This document shows, piece after piece, positions 1-10,724 of a stretch of DNA of 35,039 nucleotides. The notes under the pieces are model-generated. The model searched no databases, was not told the DNA's origin, and saw only the letters and a list, made by a program, of their open reading frames with translations. The DNA is from Piromyces finnis finn (taxonomy: Eukaryota; Fungi; Neocallimastigomycota): NCBI GenBank assembly GCA_002104945.1, contig MCFH01000125.1:1-35039 (forward strand), read 5' to 3'. How positions within the stretch are numbered: the stretch's first letter is position 1; every line of letters starts with the position of its first letter. The position numbers were made by a program, and so were the translations under genes.

Positions 1-184
1 ATAATAAATTTCAGTATTTAATAATAACTTTATTTTATTTATAATTTAATTTCATCAGTTTAAAAAATATATATATATATTTTAAAAAAAAAAATAATAA
101 AAAAAATTTATAAATAAAAATAAATTTAATACACTTAAATAAAAATATAAAAAAGTTTTTATTGTTGACAATAAAATAACGAAA

Positions 185-1384
185 ATGAAGTACATTAATC
201 TTTCATTATTAGCTTTATGCCTCGTTCTGTTTTTGGTCAATCATGTAAGATAAAAAATAATAATTTTTATAAATATTTATTATATAACTTAAAATTATTA
301 ATATTTTAAAATTAATTATATTAAATTGTAGCAAAAACTATTCCAGGTTACTCTTCTCTTCATCAAAGTCCCTTCCAACTACCTACAACAATTACAAACA
401 ACACAACAACAATTACAACAACGGTTCCAAGACCTCTCCAACTACTACTACTACAAGTCTATCCAACAAACTAACTGGAATAACAACAACAACAACAACA
501 ACAACTGGAACAACAACAACAACAACAACGGTTCCAAGACTCTCCCAACTACTACTACTACTAAGTCTATCCAACAAACTAACTGGAATAACAATAACAA
601 CAACAACAACAACAACTGGAACAACAACAACAACAACAACAACGGTTCTAAGACTCTCCCAACTACTACTACTACCAAGTCTATCCAACAAACTAACTGG
701 AATAACAATAACAACAACAATAACAACAACTGGAACAACAACAACAACAACAACGGTTCCAAGACTCTCCCAACTACTACCACTACCAAGTCTATTCAAC
801 AAACTAACTGGAATAACAACAACAACAACAACAACTGGAACAACAACAACAACAACAACTGGAACAACAACAACAACAACGGTTCCAAGACTCTCCCAAC
901 TACTACTACTACCAAGTCTATTCAACAAACTAACTGGAACAACAACAACAACAATAACAACAACTGGAACAACAACAACAACGGTTCCAAGACTCTCCCA
1001 ACTACTACTACTACCAAGTCTATTCAACAAACTAACTGGAACAACAACAACAACAACAACAACGGTTCCAAGACTCTCCCAACTACTACTACTACCAAGT
1101 CTATCCAACAAACTAATTGGAATAACAATAATAACAACAACAACAACAATAACAACTGGAACAATAATAACAACAACAATAACAACAACAACTGGAACAA
1201 CAACAACAACAACAACAACAGTAATGTTAACTCTTCTGATTATCTTAGCTGTGGTTCTCAAGATTGGGATTGTAAGACTAAGAAGTCTAATGATTGTTAC
1301 TCTGCTCTTAACCAATGTTACCAAGGTAGTGATTACCAAAAATGTCAATCAATTAATGATATTTGTTCCAAGATTTGGAATTAA
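185..1384 (+). CDS. Secreted Asn/Thr-rich repeat protein with C-terminal 6-Cys module; 2 exons (185-244, 332-1384); several apparent 1-nt indels before ~455
   Basis: ATG at 185 gives signal-peptide-like MKYINLSLLALCLV. GTAAGA...TTGTAG intron at 245-331. Open frame 455-1384 reads repeats of GSKTLPTTTTTKSIQQTNW(N)nW(N)n, then CGSQDWDCKTKKSNDCYSALNQCYQGSDYQKCQSINDICSKIWN*. Joining the 5' part to this frame needs about 3 net single-base corrections. Confidence 0.75.
420..1220 (+). repeat. Coding tandem repeat: 7 units of ~80-120 bp with variable (AAC)n and (ACT)n tracts
   Basis: AACGGTTCCAAGACTCTCCCAACTACTACT recurs near 420, 528, 642, 762, 879, 981 and 1062. Confidence 0.95.
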
Positions 1385-2008
1385 AGATCTTAAACTTTTT
1401 TGTAAAATTAAAGAAATATATAAAGTAAATATAATTAAAAATTTATTTACAATATATTCAATAAGATAAAAGTAATTAGCTTTTATCTAAAAATAAAAGT
1501 ATTATTAATAAGCGTTGACGTTAAATGATAATACTATTATATATTTTATCAAGAAAAGATACAGAAAAAAAATTAGAAAGTTAGAATAAGAAATTTAATT
1601 TTTGTATATTCTTCTTTTTGTATATTAAATATATATAATATAACTAAATATAATTAAATATATATAATTGTTATAATAATTTTTATATTTTTTTTTTGAG
1701 CAATATAAAAATTGTACTATATATATATATATATATATAATTTTAAAAGAAAAATTACTTTTAAATACTATTTTTAAATAACTAAAAATTCTAAAATAAA
1801 GAATTATATATAAAATTAATTTTTAGTAAATATGAAAGAGTCATTGTTAATATTTTATATTTAGAAAACGTAATTGTGATCAAAGTAATATTACTTATAT
1901 ATAAAAAATATATTTTAAAAGATGTTTAAATAATTTTCAATTAATTAAAAATTAATATTTAACTTTTAAATAAAAAAGTATTTTCTTTTAATAGTTAATA
2001 AAAATTAT

Positions 2009-2080
2009 TAGCAGCGGTATGTTTCGATCATACGACCTGTGGGTTATGAGCCCACCACGCTTCCACTGCGCTACGCTGCT
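2009..2080 (-). tRNA. tRNA-iMet: Initiator tRNA-Met (CAT)
   Basis: Minus strand reads AGCAGCGTAGCGCAGTGGAAGCGTGGTGGGCTCATAACCCACAGGTCGTATGATCGAAACATACCGCTGCTA. It has the A1-U72 pair, CAT anticodon and ATCGAAA T-loop typical of eukaryotic initiators, and an oligo-T terminator a few nt downstream. Confidence 0.97.
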
Positions 2081-2091
2081 CTTTACAAAAT

Positions 2092-2586
2092 TGTAAGAAA
2101 TATTTGTGGCCATAAGTTTGCCCACAAATATTTCAATTGAAACCATATATTCTGGTCACCATTTATTGGCCAAATATATGCATAACCATATATTAATGGT
2201 TATTAATTAAATAGGAAGTTTATTTGCTTTACCCAATCAAGTGGTAAAGAAAATAAACTCATATAGTTAAATAGTATAGTCAAAACTAACGTTAAATACT
2301 TTAGCGTTAGTATTAAAGTAAATTAATAACTATAATAATAATTAATGTAGATAATTATAATTAATAAATAAAAGATATAATTAAAATATAATTATTTAAG
2401 TAAAATTATTTCATAAAATATTTATATAAGTGTTTATATTTATTTTAGTGTTATAATATTTATTTTCCTTCTTTTATTATTTTTTATAAAACTTTATTTA
2501 GTTATTAACTCGTATAGAGAGGTAATAACTAACTTAATTAACTAATTTAATAACCTATTAACTAATATTATAATAAACCTTTTACA
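2092..2586 (+). mobile_element. Solo LTR of family D
   Basis: TGTAAG...TTTTACA, nearly identical to 23545-24039. Perfect 5-bp TSD AAAAT at 2087-2091 and 2587-2591. Confidence 0.93.
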
Positions 2587-2632
2587 AAAATTTTGATATA
2601 AATTGGAATTAATAAATATGAAATTATAATCT

Positions 2633-3191
2633 TGATATAAACTAACCCTCAAAACAACTTAAAAATAAATAATAAATAATAATAATATTTAAATGTTTAA
2701 TTAAAAGTATAAAAATTATTTATTAAAACTCAGTTTAAATTATATTTTTGTTATAAAATAAACATAGTATAAATAACATTTTAAATAGTAAAATAGTGTT
2801 ATATTAATTAAATTAATTACTTTAAAATAAATTGTTTCTTTTATTTATTATTCATTATTATTTTAAAACATATTAATATTTTATTTTAAAAAGTTAAAAC
2901 AGAAAGAAAATTATAAATACATGTAATTATTTCCTAATTTAAAAATCAATCAATTCTTTTAATAAATGTATTAAATAAAGAGTTGATTCAAAAATATATT
3001 TTAAAATTGTGTTTTTAAAACATAACTTTTATATTTTGTTAATAATCGTTATGTCGAATTAAAATATTTCAAATAACTTTTATAATAAAAATTTACTTTA
3101 AATCTTTTTTTTTTTTATATAAATTGATAAGAACATTATCACTTTTATAATTAATTTAATTATAAATTAAGATAATATTAAACACTTATCA
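2633..3191 (+). mobile_element. Putative 5' LTR of element F (left edge uncertain: 2594 or 2633)
   Basis: TGATA...TATCA termini, followed 4 nt later by a TGG-type PBS. No second copy in the window to confirm it. Confidence 0.4.
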
Positions 3192-3195
3192 AATT

Positions 3196-3208
3196 TGGTG
3201 GAGAATCC
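3196..3208 (+). promoter_or_regulatory. Putative tRNA-Ala primer-binding site of element F
   Basis: TGGTGGAGAAT(CC) is complementary to a tRNA 3' end ATTCTCCACCA, which carries U70 and A73 as in tRNA-Ala. Confidence 0.55.
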
Positions 3209-3262
3209 TTTAAAAGGCCGGTGAAGCTAAGTATTAATATTTACTTCATATATTTATATATA

Positions 3263-3497
3263 TGTAACGAAATATTATAATAATAAACACACACACTCTA
3301 ATGTATCAAATATATGTATTTTTTTTTTAATAATGTTTATTTATTAAATTTATTATTATAATACGACTAACTCGCTAGGTCAGTGTATTATCAAACTAAA
3401 GACGAAACAAAAAAAAAAACTAATTTTTATTAATTATTAATAAAAACACTAAAGAACTATTTTATCTTTCTTATTCTCTCTTTATACATGAAAATTA

Positions 3498-3529
<32 letters not shown>

Positions 3530-3651
3530 CAATTTGATAAGTGAATTAATTACTTAATGATTGGTTATAAAAATATAATTATGAAATTTTCATTAATCTA
3601 ACCTTAATGATTTTCTAGTCTAACCCTTATCATTAGATATACCTCATTACA
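3263..3651 (-). repeat. Element A 3' LTR (389 bp)
   Basis: TGTAA/TTACA ends. Differs from the 5' LTR only in homopolymer lengths by my reading. Confidence 0.97.
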
Positions 3652-3663
3652 AGCTCCTCCTCT
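3652..3663 (-). promoter_or_regulatory. Polypurine tract of A
   Basis: Minus strand AGAGGAGGAGCT directly abuts the TGT of the LTR. Confidence 0.85.
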
Positions 3664-3696
3664 AAATTCGGATTCCAGACGAATTTATAAGCTAAT

Positions 3697-3743
<47 letters not shown>

Positions 3744-3776
3744 AGGCAGTTGACTTCATATGAGAATTAAAAGGTG

Positions 3777-3829
3777 TGGTACAATGGTCGAGTAGTTGGC
3801 AATGAACTAGAAGGTTGTGGGTTCGAAGT
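3777..3829 (+). promoter_or_regulatory. tRNA-type A-box/B-box-like cassette in the 3' UTR of A, antisense to the element
   Basis: TGGTACAATGG at 3777-3787 and GTTCGAAGT at 3821-3829 (1 mismatch to GTTCRANNC); spacing 44 nt. Confidence 0.45.
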
Positions 3830-4079
3830 CGGGGTTGGTAGAGTAACTTTGATGTAAGGCGGGTTGGCGCCAAGACTAAAGTATGTCCAACAAGTACTAG
3901 AGGTTTCATAGGCAAGGTTCCAATATGGCCGTTTGATAGTACTTGTTCTTGGTACGCTTGTAAGTCCAGTAAATCCCTATGGGAGCTTCGCCAAAACGGT
4001 ATCGGTTAAGTTTATTCTAAAAATTAATATCCCTCATTTGTGTCTAAAAATTAATGAAAATTAGTTAATTTTATTATTA

Positions 4080-4081
4080 TT

Positions 4082-4160
<79 letters not shown>

Positions 4161-7100
4161 GGTCTTGTTGAATTCTCTTAGCTTTGCTGGACAGTTCAGA
4201 TTTTCTTCGGGTTCCCATGAGGCTTCTGAAATAGGATATCCTTTCCATTTGATCAAGTACTGAGTTTTGTTATAGCGTCTTCTTTTGTCCAGAATTTCTT
4301 CTACTTCGTATTCCTCCTCTTCGTTTATAATGACAGGTGGTGGAGGTTGAACTTTTCGGTTTGTACTTTTCCCTTCGAAGTAAGGCTCGAGAGATGATTT
4401 ATGGAATACCGGATCAATCTTCATGTTACCAGGGAGTTTCAATTTAAATGAGACTTCTGATATTTGTTGTTCAATTTCATAGGGACCGAGTTTCCGAGGG
4501 GTGAATTTTTTATTTCCCTTAACTAAATTATTATTGATTAACCATACCTTTTCTCCTGGTTTGAATGACGGGCCTGGTTGTCTATGTCTATTGGCGAAAT
4601 GTTCTTGTTTCTTTTGGGCTTCCGAAAGGTTTTTTCTTGAGGGTGCTGATAATTTCTTTTAATTCTTTTGTGTATTCTTCAGCTCTTGGAACTTCACTTG
4701 TTGTTGGAATTGTTGGATTAAAATTAGGATGGAAACCATAGTTCAAGAAGAAGGGTGTTTGTTTTGCAGATTCTTGAACTGAATTATTGTAACTAAATTC
4801 AGCTAGGCTTAAGTATTCGATCCAGTTAGTGCCTTTGTAATTTGAGAAGCAGCGTAGATATTGTTCTACAACGGAGTTCACTCTCTCCGTCTGGCCATTG
4901 GATTGGTGGTGATAAGCAGAAGAGTATTTCAAATCAATCTTGAGGGTAGCAAAGAATTTCTTCCAAAACTTTGAAGTGAACTGAGAACCTTGGTCGAGAA
5001 CAATGTCGGAGGGGCATCCATGAAGTTTGAAGACGTTGTTAATGAAAGCTTCGGCAGCACGTTCAGCAGTGGGAACTTTTTCAAGAGGGATAAAGTGAGC
5101 CATTTTTGTCAATCGATCAATGACAACGAAGATACAGGTAAATCCACGAGAAGAGGGGAGGTCAGTGATAAATCCATAGCAATGGAAGACCAGGGACGTT
5201 CACCTAAAGGAAGAGTGGATAATAACCCGTAAGGTTTATGTCTAGAGGATTTCGAACGACAGCAGACCTCACAAGAACGGACATAGTCCTTAACATCCTG
5301 ATACATTTTGGGCCACCAGTAGTTACGGGAAATCAAGGATAAAGTTTTTGAAATACCAAAATGGCCGGCAGCAGGGGAGTCATGACAAGAAGACAGAATT
5401 TCAACTCGGCAATCATTAGGAACATAGATTTTATCTTGGAAAAGGAGGACGTTGTTACTAAGTTTGTAGTCAGAAGAACAATTATCATTGAGAAGTTGAT
5501 TAGAAGTCTCAATGAAGAATTTGTCAAGTTTACAAGAGAGAGCAATTTTTTCAAGAAGAGAAGAAGGAGTGGATGAAGCAAAGCAGGAGCTGAAATTTTC
5601 GGGACGAAAGACAGAGTTATTAGAATCGGAATTGCAAGAGTGAACAAGATAGTCAGGTCTTCTTGACAAGGCATCGGTTTTCCCCGTTCGAGGAACCAGG
5701 GCGATATTCAATGACAAAATCGAATTCAGCAAGGAAAAGGGACCATCTAATTAATCTCTGAGTCATCTTCTCCGGTTTCTTCTGAAAAAGGAGGTTTCTG
5801 TGGTCTGATATAATTTTGGAAAGGATGATTCGCACCTTTCAAAAAATGTCTCCACACTTCTAAGGACGCGACGATAGCCAAAAGTTCTTTATCATAGATA
5901 GGGTAGTTCTTCTCCGGGTTTGTAAGGGATCTAGAAAAGAACGCAACAGGGTGAAGAATATTGTCGGACTTGTTGACTTGAGACAATACAGCACCTATGG
6001 CGAAGCTGCTTGCATCGGTTTCGACAACGAAAGGTAGGTCAACATCAGGATATGCAAGGATAGGCTGACTAATAAAATGCTTAACCAAAGCATCAAAAGC
6101 ATCTTGAGCGGTATCGTTCCAAACGAAGGCGGTGTTCTTCTTGCAAAGTTGGTGGAGTGGGTGAGCAATCTTAGCAAAGCCAGGAATAAATCTACGATAA
6201 TAGTTGGCTAAGCCTAGGAAAGATTGTAGTTCATGGACCGATTTAGGAGTCGGCCATTCCGCAATGGCTTTCACCTTATTAGGGTCCATTCCGATACCAG
6301 AGGCAGAGATTCTATGACCAAGGAAGTCAAGACAAGGAGAGTCGAATAGACATTTTTCAAGTTTAGCGTACAGTCCGGCTTCTTCGAGTCTACGAAGGAC
6401 TTCATTGACGTGTTCATGATGTTCGGCTATATTATCAGAAAAAATGATAATATCGTCAATATACGAAAAGACGAATTTACCGATAATGCCTTCAAGAACG
6501 TCGTTAATAAAATGTTGGAAGACTGCAGGAGCGTTCTTGAGACCGAAAGGCATTACCAGATATTCGAAATGGCCAAATTGACAGGTGAAGGCGGTCTTAT
6601 ATTCATCGCCTTCTTTGATTCTTACCAAGTTATAGGCGGATCGAAGATCTAACTTCGAGAACACCTTAGCTTTTCCTAGATGATCCAACATGTCTTGGAT
6701 CAATGGGAGAGGGTACGAGTTCCTAATGGTGATTTCGTTCAAGCGGCGGTAGTCGATACACATACGAAGTTCTCCACTCTTCTTCGGGACAAACAGAACG
6801 GGAGCACCAGCTGGCGATTTGGATTTGCGGATAAACCCCCTTTTTTTAAATTTTCATTAATGGTTTCTTCTAATACCTTTGATTCTTTCTCAGTAAGTCG
6901 GTAGATTGGACCATAAAACAAGTTGCTATTTGGTCTCAGGTTGATCTCACAGTCGTACGGGCGATGAGGAGGGAGTTTATCAGCGAGCCTTTCCTCGAAC
7001 ACTTTGGAGTGTTGAGAGTAGTGAATTGGAATTTGGGGTGACTCAACTTCAGGTTCTTCTAAACAAGTGAATACATTGAAAGGGTATTCAGGTGTATTTC

Positions 7101-8359
7101 CAACTGACATTTCGTCCTTCGATTGGTCTTCGAGTTCAGAAGTGGTAGAGCTAGCAGATTCTTTCCTTAAGCAATTTTCCTTACAGTATTCAGAATGATA
7201 GGAAACGTCCTTACTAGCAAAATTGATTGTCGGATTGTGAAGGGCCAGCCAATCAGAGCCAAGAATACAACAGTAAGAAGGCAATTCTACGACGTAAAAT
7301 TGTAACTGGCATGAGTGATTCATGTGTTCCACAGTTATAGGCCAAGTCTGGCCGATAATCTTTTGGTGACCTCCGATACCTATAATTTGTGGGCATTTTA
7401 CTTTGGTAATTATAGGGATCTCATGGGCCTTAACAAAGGCGTGGTCTATCAAACAGAATTGTGAACCACTATCTAAGAGAACTTTAGTTCCGACAGATTT
7501 GTATGGAAGAACAACATCAACATCGATAACAGTTTGAGGTAAAGAGGAGTTATCCGAAAGTCGAGTGGATTTTTCTTGTTCATTCAAAACATGGACCCCA
7601 GCATTATTAGTATGGTTTTCCTTTTTGGTTCTAATAGGGCATTCAGATAATCGGTGACCAGGTTTACCACAATATAAGCAGAGATTCTCTTTCATTCGGC
7701 GGCTAGTTCTTCACTTGAAATGGGGCCAAAATTATTTTCCTTCTTGGGCTGAGTGGATTTACTTGTAGATCTTTCTGAGGAGCGGGATTGGAAGCTTTGT
7801 TTAGAACGGAAACTTCTATTGGATCTTCTGTTTATTTCCTCTTGGTGGCATGCCAATCTACTTCCTATACGACTGGCTATTGTTTGTAAGTTTATCAAGG
7901 TAGAAGGGCCAGGAAACATCTGAAGGATATGGGTGGCGATTCTATCGTCCAACCCATCAACAAAAGCATCCATCTTGGCTTGTTCATTCCAAGTGGATTC
8001 ATCAGCATAGTAGTTAAATTCCTTGATATACTCTTGAGTATTGGATAGGCCATGTTGTTTGATCTTCTTGAGCTTTTGGTTGGCAGTATAGACCATATCC
8101 TGAAAACCAAAAGCAGCCTTCAGCTTTCCAACAAAGGCGCCATAATCCTGTAAGCAAGGGATCATGGTTGTTAATCAAGGTAGCAGCCCAATTCATTGCA
8201 TCCCCGTAGAAGGCGACTAACGACGTAGAAGACCTTTTCTCCATCGTCCTTCCTATTTCAGGATGGAATCATAAAGATCATGTCCATTTTGGCTAAGAAT
8301 CCCTTCAGGTAGCGACGGTTGCCATCAAAACCGTTCTTCAAATCAGCAGAGTTATCCAT
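4080..8359 (-). CDS. gag-pol: Element A gag-pol, broken by multiple frameshifts
   Basis: ATG at 8359 ([13 protein letters not shown]). ORF pieces contain the zinc knuckle [14 protein letters not shown], protease LLDSGS, RT YIDD, RNase H ETDAS, integrase HHCC/DDE segments and chromodomain [16 protein letters not shown]. Confidence 0.93.
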
Positions 8360-8417
8360 AAAAAAAATTAGAAGTAAGCAAATAAACGAGGCACTGAGGT
8401 AGCGATCTTTTTCTTAG

Positions 8418-8428
8418 AGTGTTTTTAT
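8418..8428 (-). promoter_or_regulatory. Self-priming-type PBS of A (ATAAAAACACT)
   Basis: Directly follows the 5' LTR. Its perfect complement lies at 8605-8615 in the LTR, about 35 nt downstream of a TATAAAA on the minus strand. Confidence 0.85.
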
Positions 8429-8663
8429 TGTAACGAAATATTATAATAATAAACACACACACTCTAATGTATCAAATATATGTATTTTTTTTTTAATAAT
8501 GTTTATTTATTAAATTTATTATTATAATACGACTAACTCGCTAGGTCAGTGTATTATCAAACTAAAGACGAAACAAAAAAAAAACTAATTTTTATTAATT
8601 ATTAATAAAAACACTAAAGAACTATTTTATCTTTCTTATTCTCTCTTTTATACATGAAAATTA

Positions 8664-8694
<31 letters not shown>

Positions 8695-8816
8695 CAATTT
8701 GATAAGTGAATTAATTACTTAATGATTGGTTATAAAAATATAATTATGAAATTTTCATTAATCTAACCTTAATGATTTTCTAGTCTAACCCTTATCATTA
8801 GATATACCTCATTACA
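8429..8816 (-). repeat. Element A 5' LTR (388 bp)
   Basis: Direct repeat of 3263-3651. Confidence 0.97.
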
Positions 8817-9535
8817 ATATATATAAAACAAAAAAAAAAAAAAAAAAAAAAATATGTTATTGAATAAAATATATATTAATAGTGAATAATAATATTTAAT
8901 AACAATTATAATAAAACATATGAAATTATATAAATACATTTACATAAAGTGATTTATATACATCAATCGAGCAATTGAAATATAAAATATACAAATAATA
9001 ATAAATAATATTTTAAATATATAAATTGTTATGTGACTTGATATGATAATTAAATTAAAATTAACAATAAAATAAATTATATTATGCAAGATATATTAAA
9101 GTAATAGAAATATAAAAAATATAAATATATATATATATATATAAATTGAAATTATATAATCATAAATAAAATAGTTAAAACACTAGTAAATAACATATCA
9201 CAAATAATTATATTACTAAACATTGAATAATAATAATAATAAATATAAAAGGATAAATAATAAATAATAAATAATTAATGATTAATAATTAGTAATAATT
9301 AATAATAATTAGTAATAATATTGAAAATACAAATATTTGACGATCATATTCTAAGATAATAATAATAAATTATAATAAAAATTTATCATTTAATAATAGT
9401 ATAGACAATAATTATTATCAATAATATCAACAATAATTAATTAATAAACAAAAATAAGAAATAATAATAATTAATAAAATAGGAAATTATTTAAATATAA
9501 AATATATAAGAAATAACATAATAATAGTACAGAAA

Positions 9536-10683
9536 ATGGACAACCAGACAAAAATTATTACTTTCAATAGATTACCTATATTAGGCGAATCAAATATATC
9601 TTTTGACTCATGGAAATTCTCCTTTGACCATTGGTGTTCTACATTCAAAATCATTGAAGAAGCAGAAAAAATTGATTATTTACTAGCAATAACTGCGAAT
9701 GTGGCCAGAACAATTGTATATAATTCCTTAAACAAAAGCAGTCCAGATAACTATGAGACAATTTTAAAGAATCTCAGTAAACATTACAAGAAAACATCCT
9801 CCAAGAATTCAAAAATCTTAGAACTCTCTTCTATTACAATAAAAAAGATGAAAGTATCTCTGAATTTGATTTAAGATTCACGGAATTATTAAATCAAATA
9901 AATAAAACCGTCACATTATCAGAATTAATTATAACGTCTTATTATATTAATGCTTTCAGGAACTGGGAAAAAATATATGAAAATCTTATGGAAGAAGAAC
10001 CAACAACCCTAGAAGACGCCATGAAGATAACTTCGAAGAAAGAGAAGATAATGAACCTAATGAAAGAAAATAAAGGAAAGGCAATACCCTCTGGAACAAA
10101 CAAAGAAAAATTCAATAAATTAAATAAGTTTAGCAAATTTCAAGAAAATACAGATCATAGTGAAATTATGTACAACACAAAGAATAAAACTAGTACATCT
10201 TATTTACTACCAAATACAAGTGACAACAATGATAGAATTAAGAAGATGTACAATAATAATCACAACATATATAGAAATTATAATAATAGTAACAGATATG
10301 TCTCTAACTTCAATAATCCAAATAATAATCCAAATTACAGAATTTATAATAATGTACCAAATTATGATTATCCTAACAATAAAAACGGTTATAATAAATA
10401 TTATCAAAATAACAACAACAATGATAATTTAAATAATAATTACAATAATAAGATAATTAATAATGAACAAAGAAGTAATTATTATAATAGAAATCAATTC
10501 AATAACAGAATGGAAGAAAGAAGAAATATACTTAAAAATAATGCTGACAACAACGACGAAATTCAAGAGTTAACGCAAAAATTGTCAGAACTTAAGATAA
10601 ACTTCTGTGCAAATTGCTTACGTATTGGTCATCAAGACTTCGAATGTCCTGAGAATTATGATGAAGAAAATTATTTAAACTAA
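9536..10683 (+). CDS. gag: gag of element F (distinct lineage), with one apparent frameshift in the A-run near 9840-9846
   Basis: ORFs 9536-9874 and 9988-10683 join if one A is added (ITIKKDESISEFDLRF...). Contains an Asn-rich spacer and a C-terminal CCHC knuckle CANCLRIGHQDFEC. Confidence 0.8.
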
Positions 10684-10724
10684 TTGATGGGAGTATGCAA
10701 TCTCCCTATATAAACAAAATTGCA
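10674..10724 (+). promoter_or_regulatory. Predicted -1 programmed ribosomal frameshift signal (slippery heptamer plus H-type pseudoknot)
   Basis: T TTA AAC immediately precedes the gag TAA. After an 8-nt spacer, stem 1 is GGGAG(10689-93)/CTCCC(10702-06) and stem 2 is TGCAAT(10696-701)/ATTGCA(10719-24). Confidence 0.75.

Larger units (their letters stand above)
3263..8816 (-). mobile_element. Element A: full-length Ty3/Gypsy chromovirus LTR retrotransposon
   Basis: LTRs at 3263-3651 and 8429-8816, TSD ATATA (3258-3262 and 8817-8821), PPT next to 3651, and gag-PR-RT-RH-IN-chromodomain order on the minus strand. Confidence 0.97.

Noticed and set aside
420-1220. Regular repeats (also 11743-11852 and 26610-26834) as CRISPR-like arrays
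   Set aside because: No unique spacers, eukaryotic context, and the units are coding or UTR tandem repeats.
413-1348. Val/Leu-rich minus-strand ORFs (311, 112 and 64 aa)
   Set aside because: Antisense shadows of the (AAC)n/(ACT)n repeats. The + strand has the signal peptide, intron and Cys module.
3770-3845. tRNA gene in A's 3' UTR
   Set aside because: Acceptor, anticodon and T stems do not pair in register. Kept only as a promoter-box observation.
3685-3915. 76-aa ORF in A's 3' UTR as an accessory gene
   Set aside because: Short, ends in a poly(A)-derived Lys run, no recognisable motif, and no counterpart in C or E.
4990-6904. Small + strand ORFs opposite A's pol, and similar ones opposite B-E (e.g. 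22772-22969, 28625-29002, 30784-31062)
   Set aside because: Short antisense or off-frame ORFs expected within retroelement coding sequence, with no motifs.
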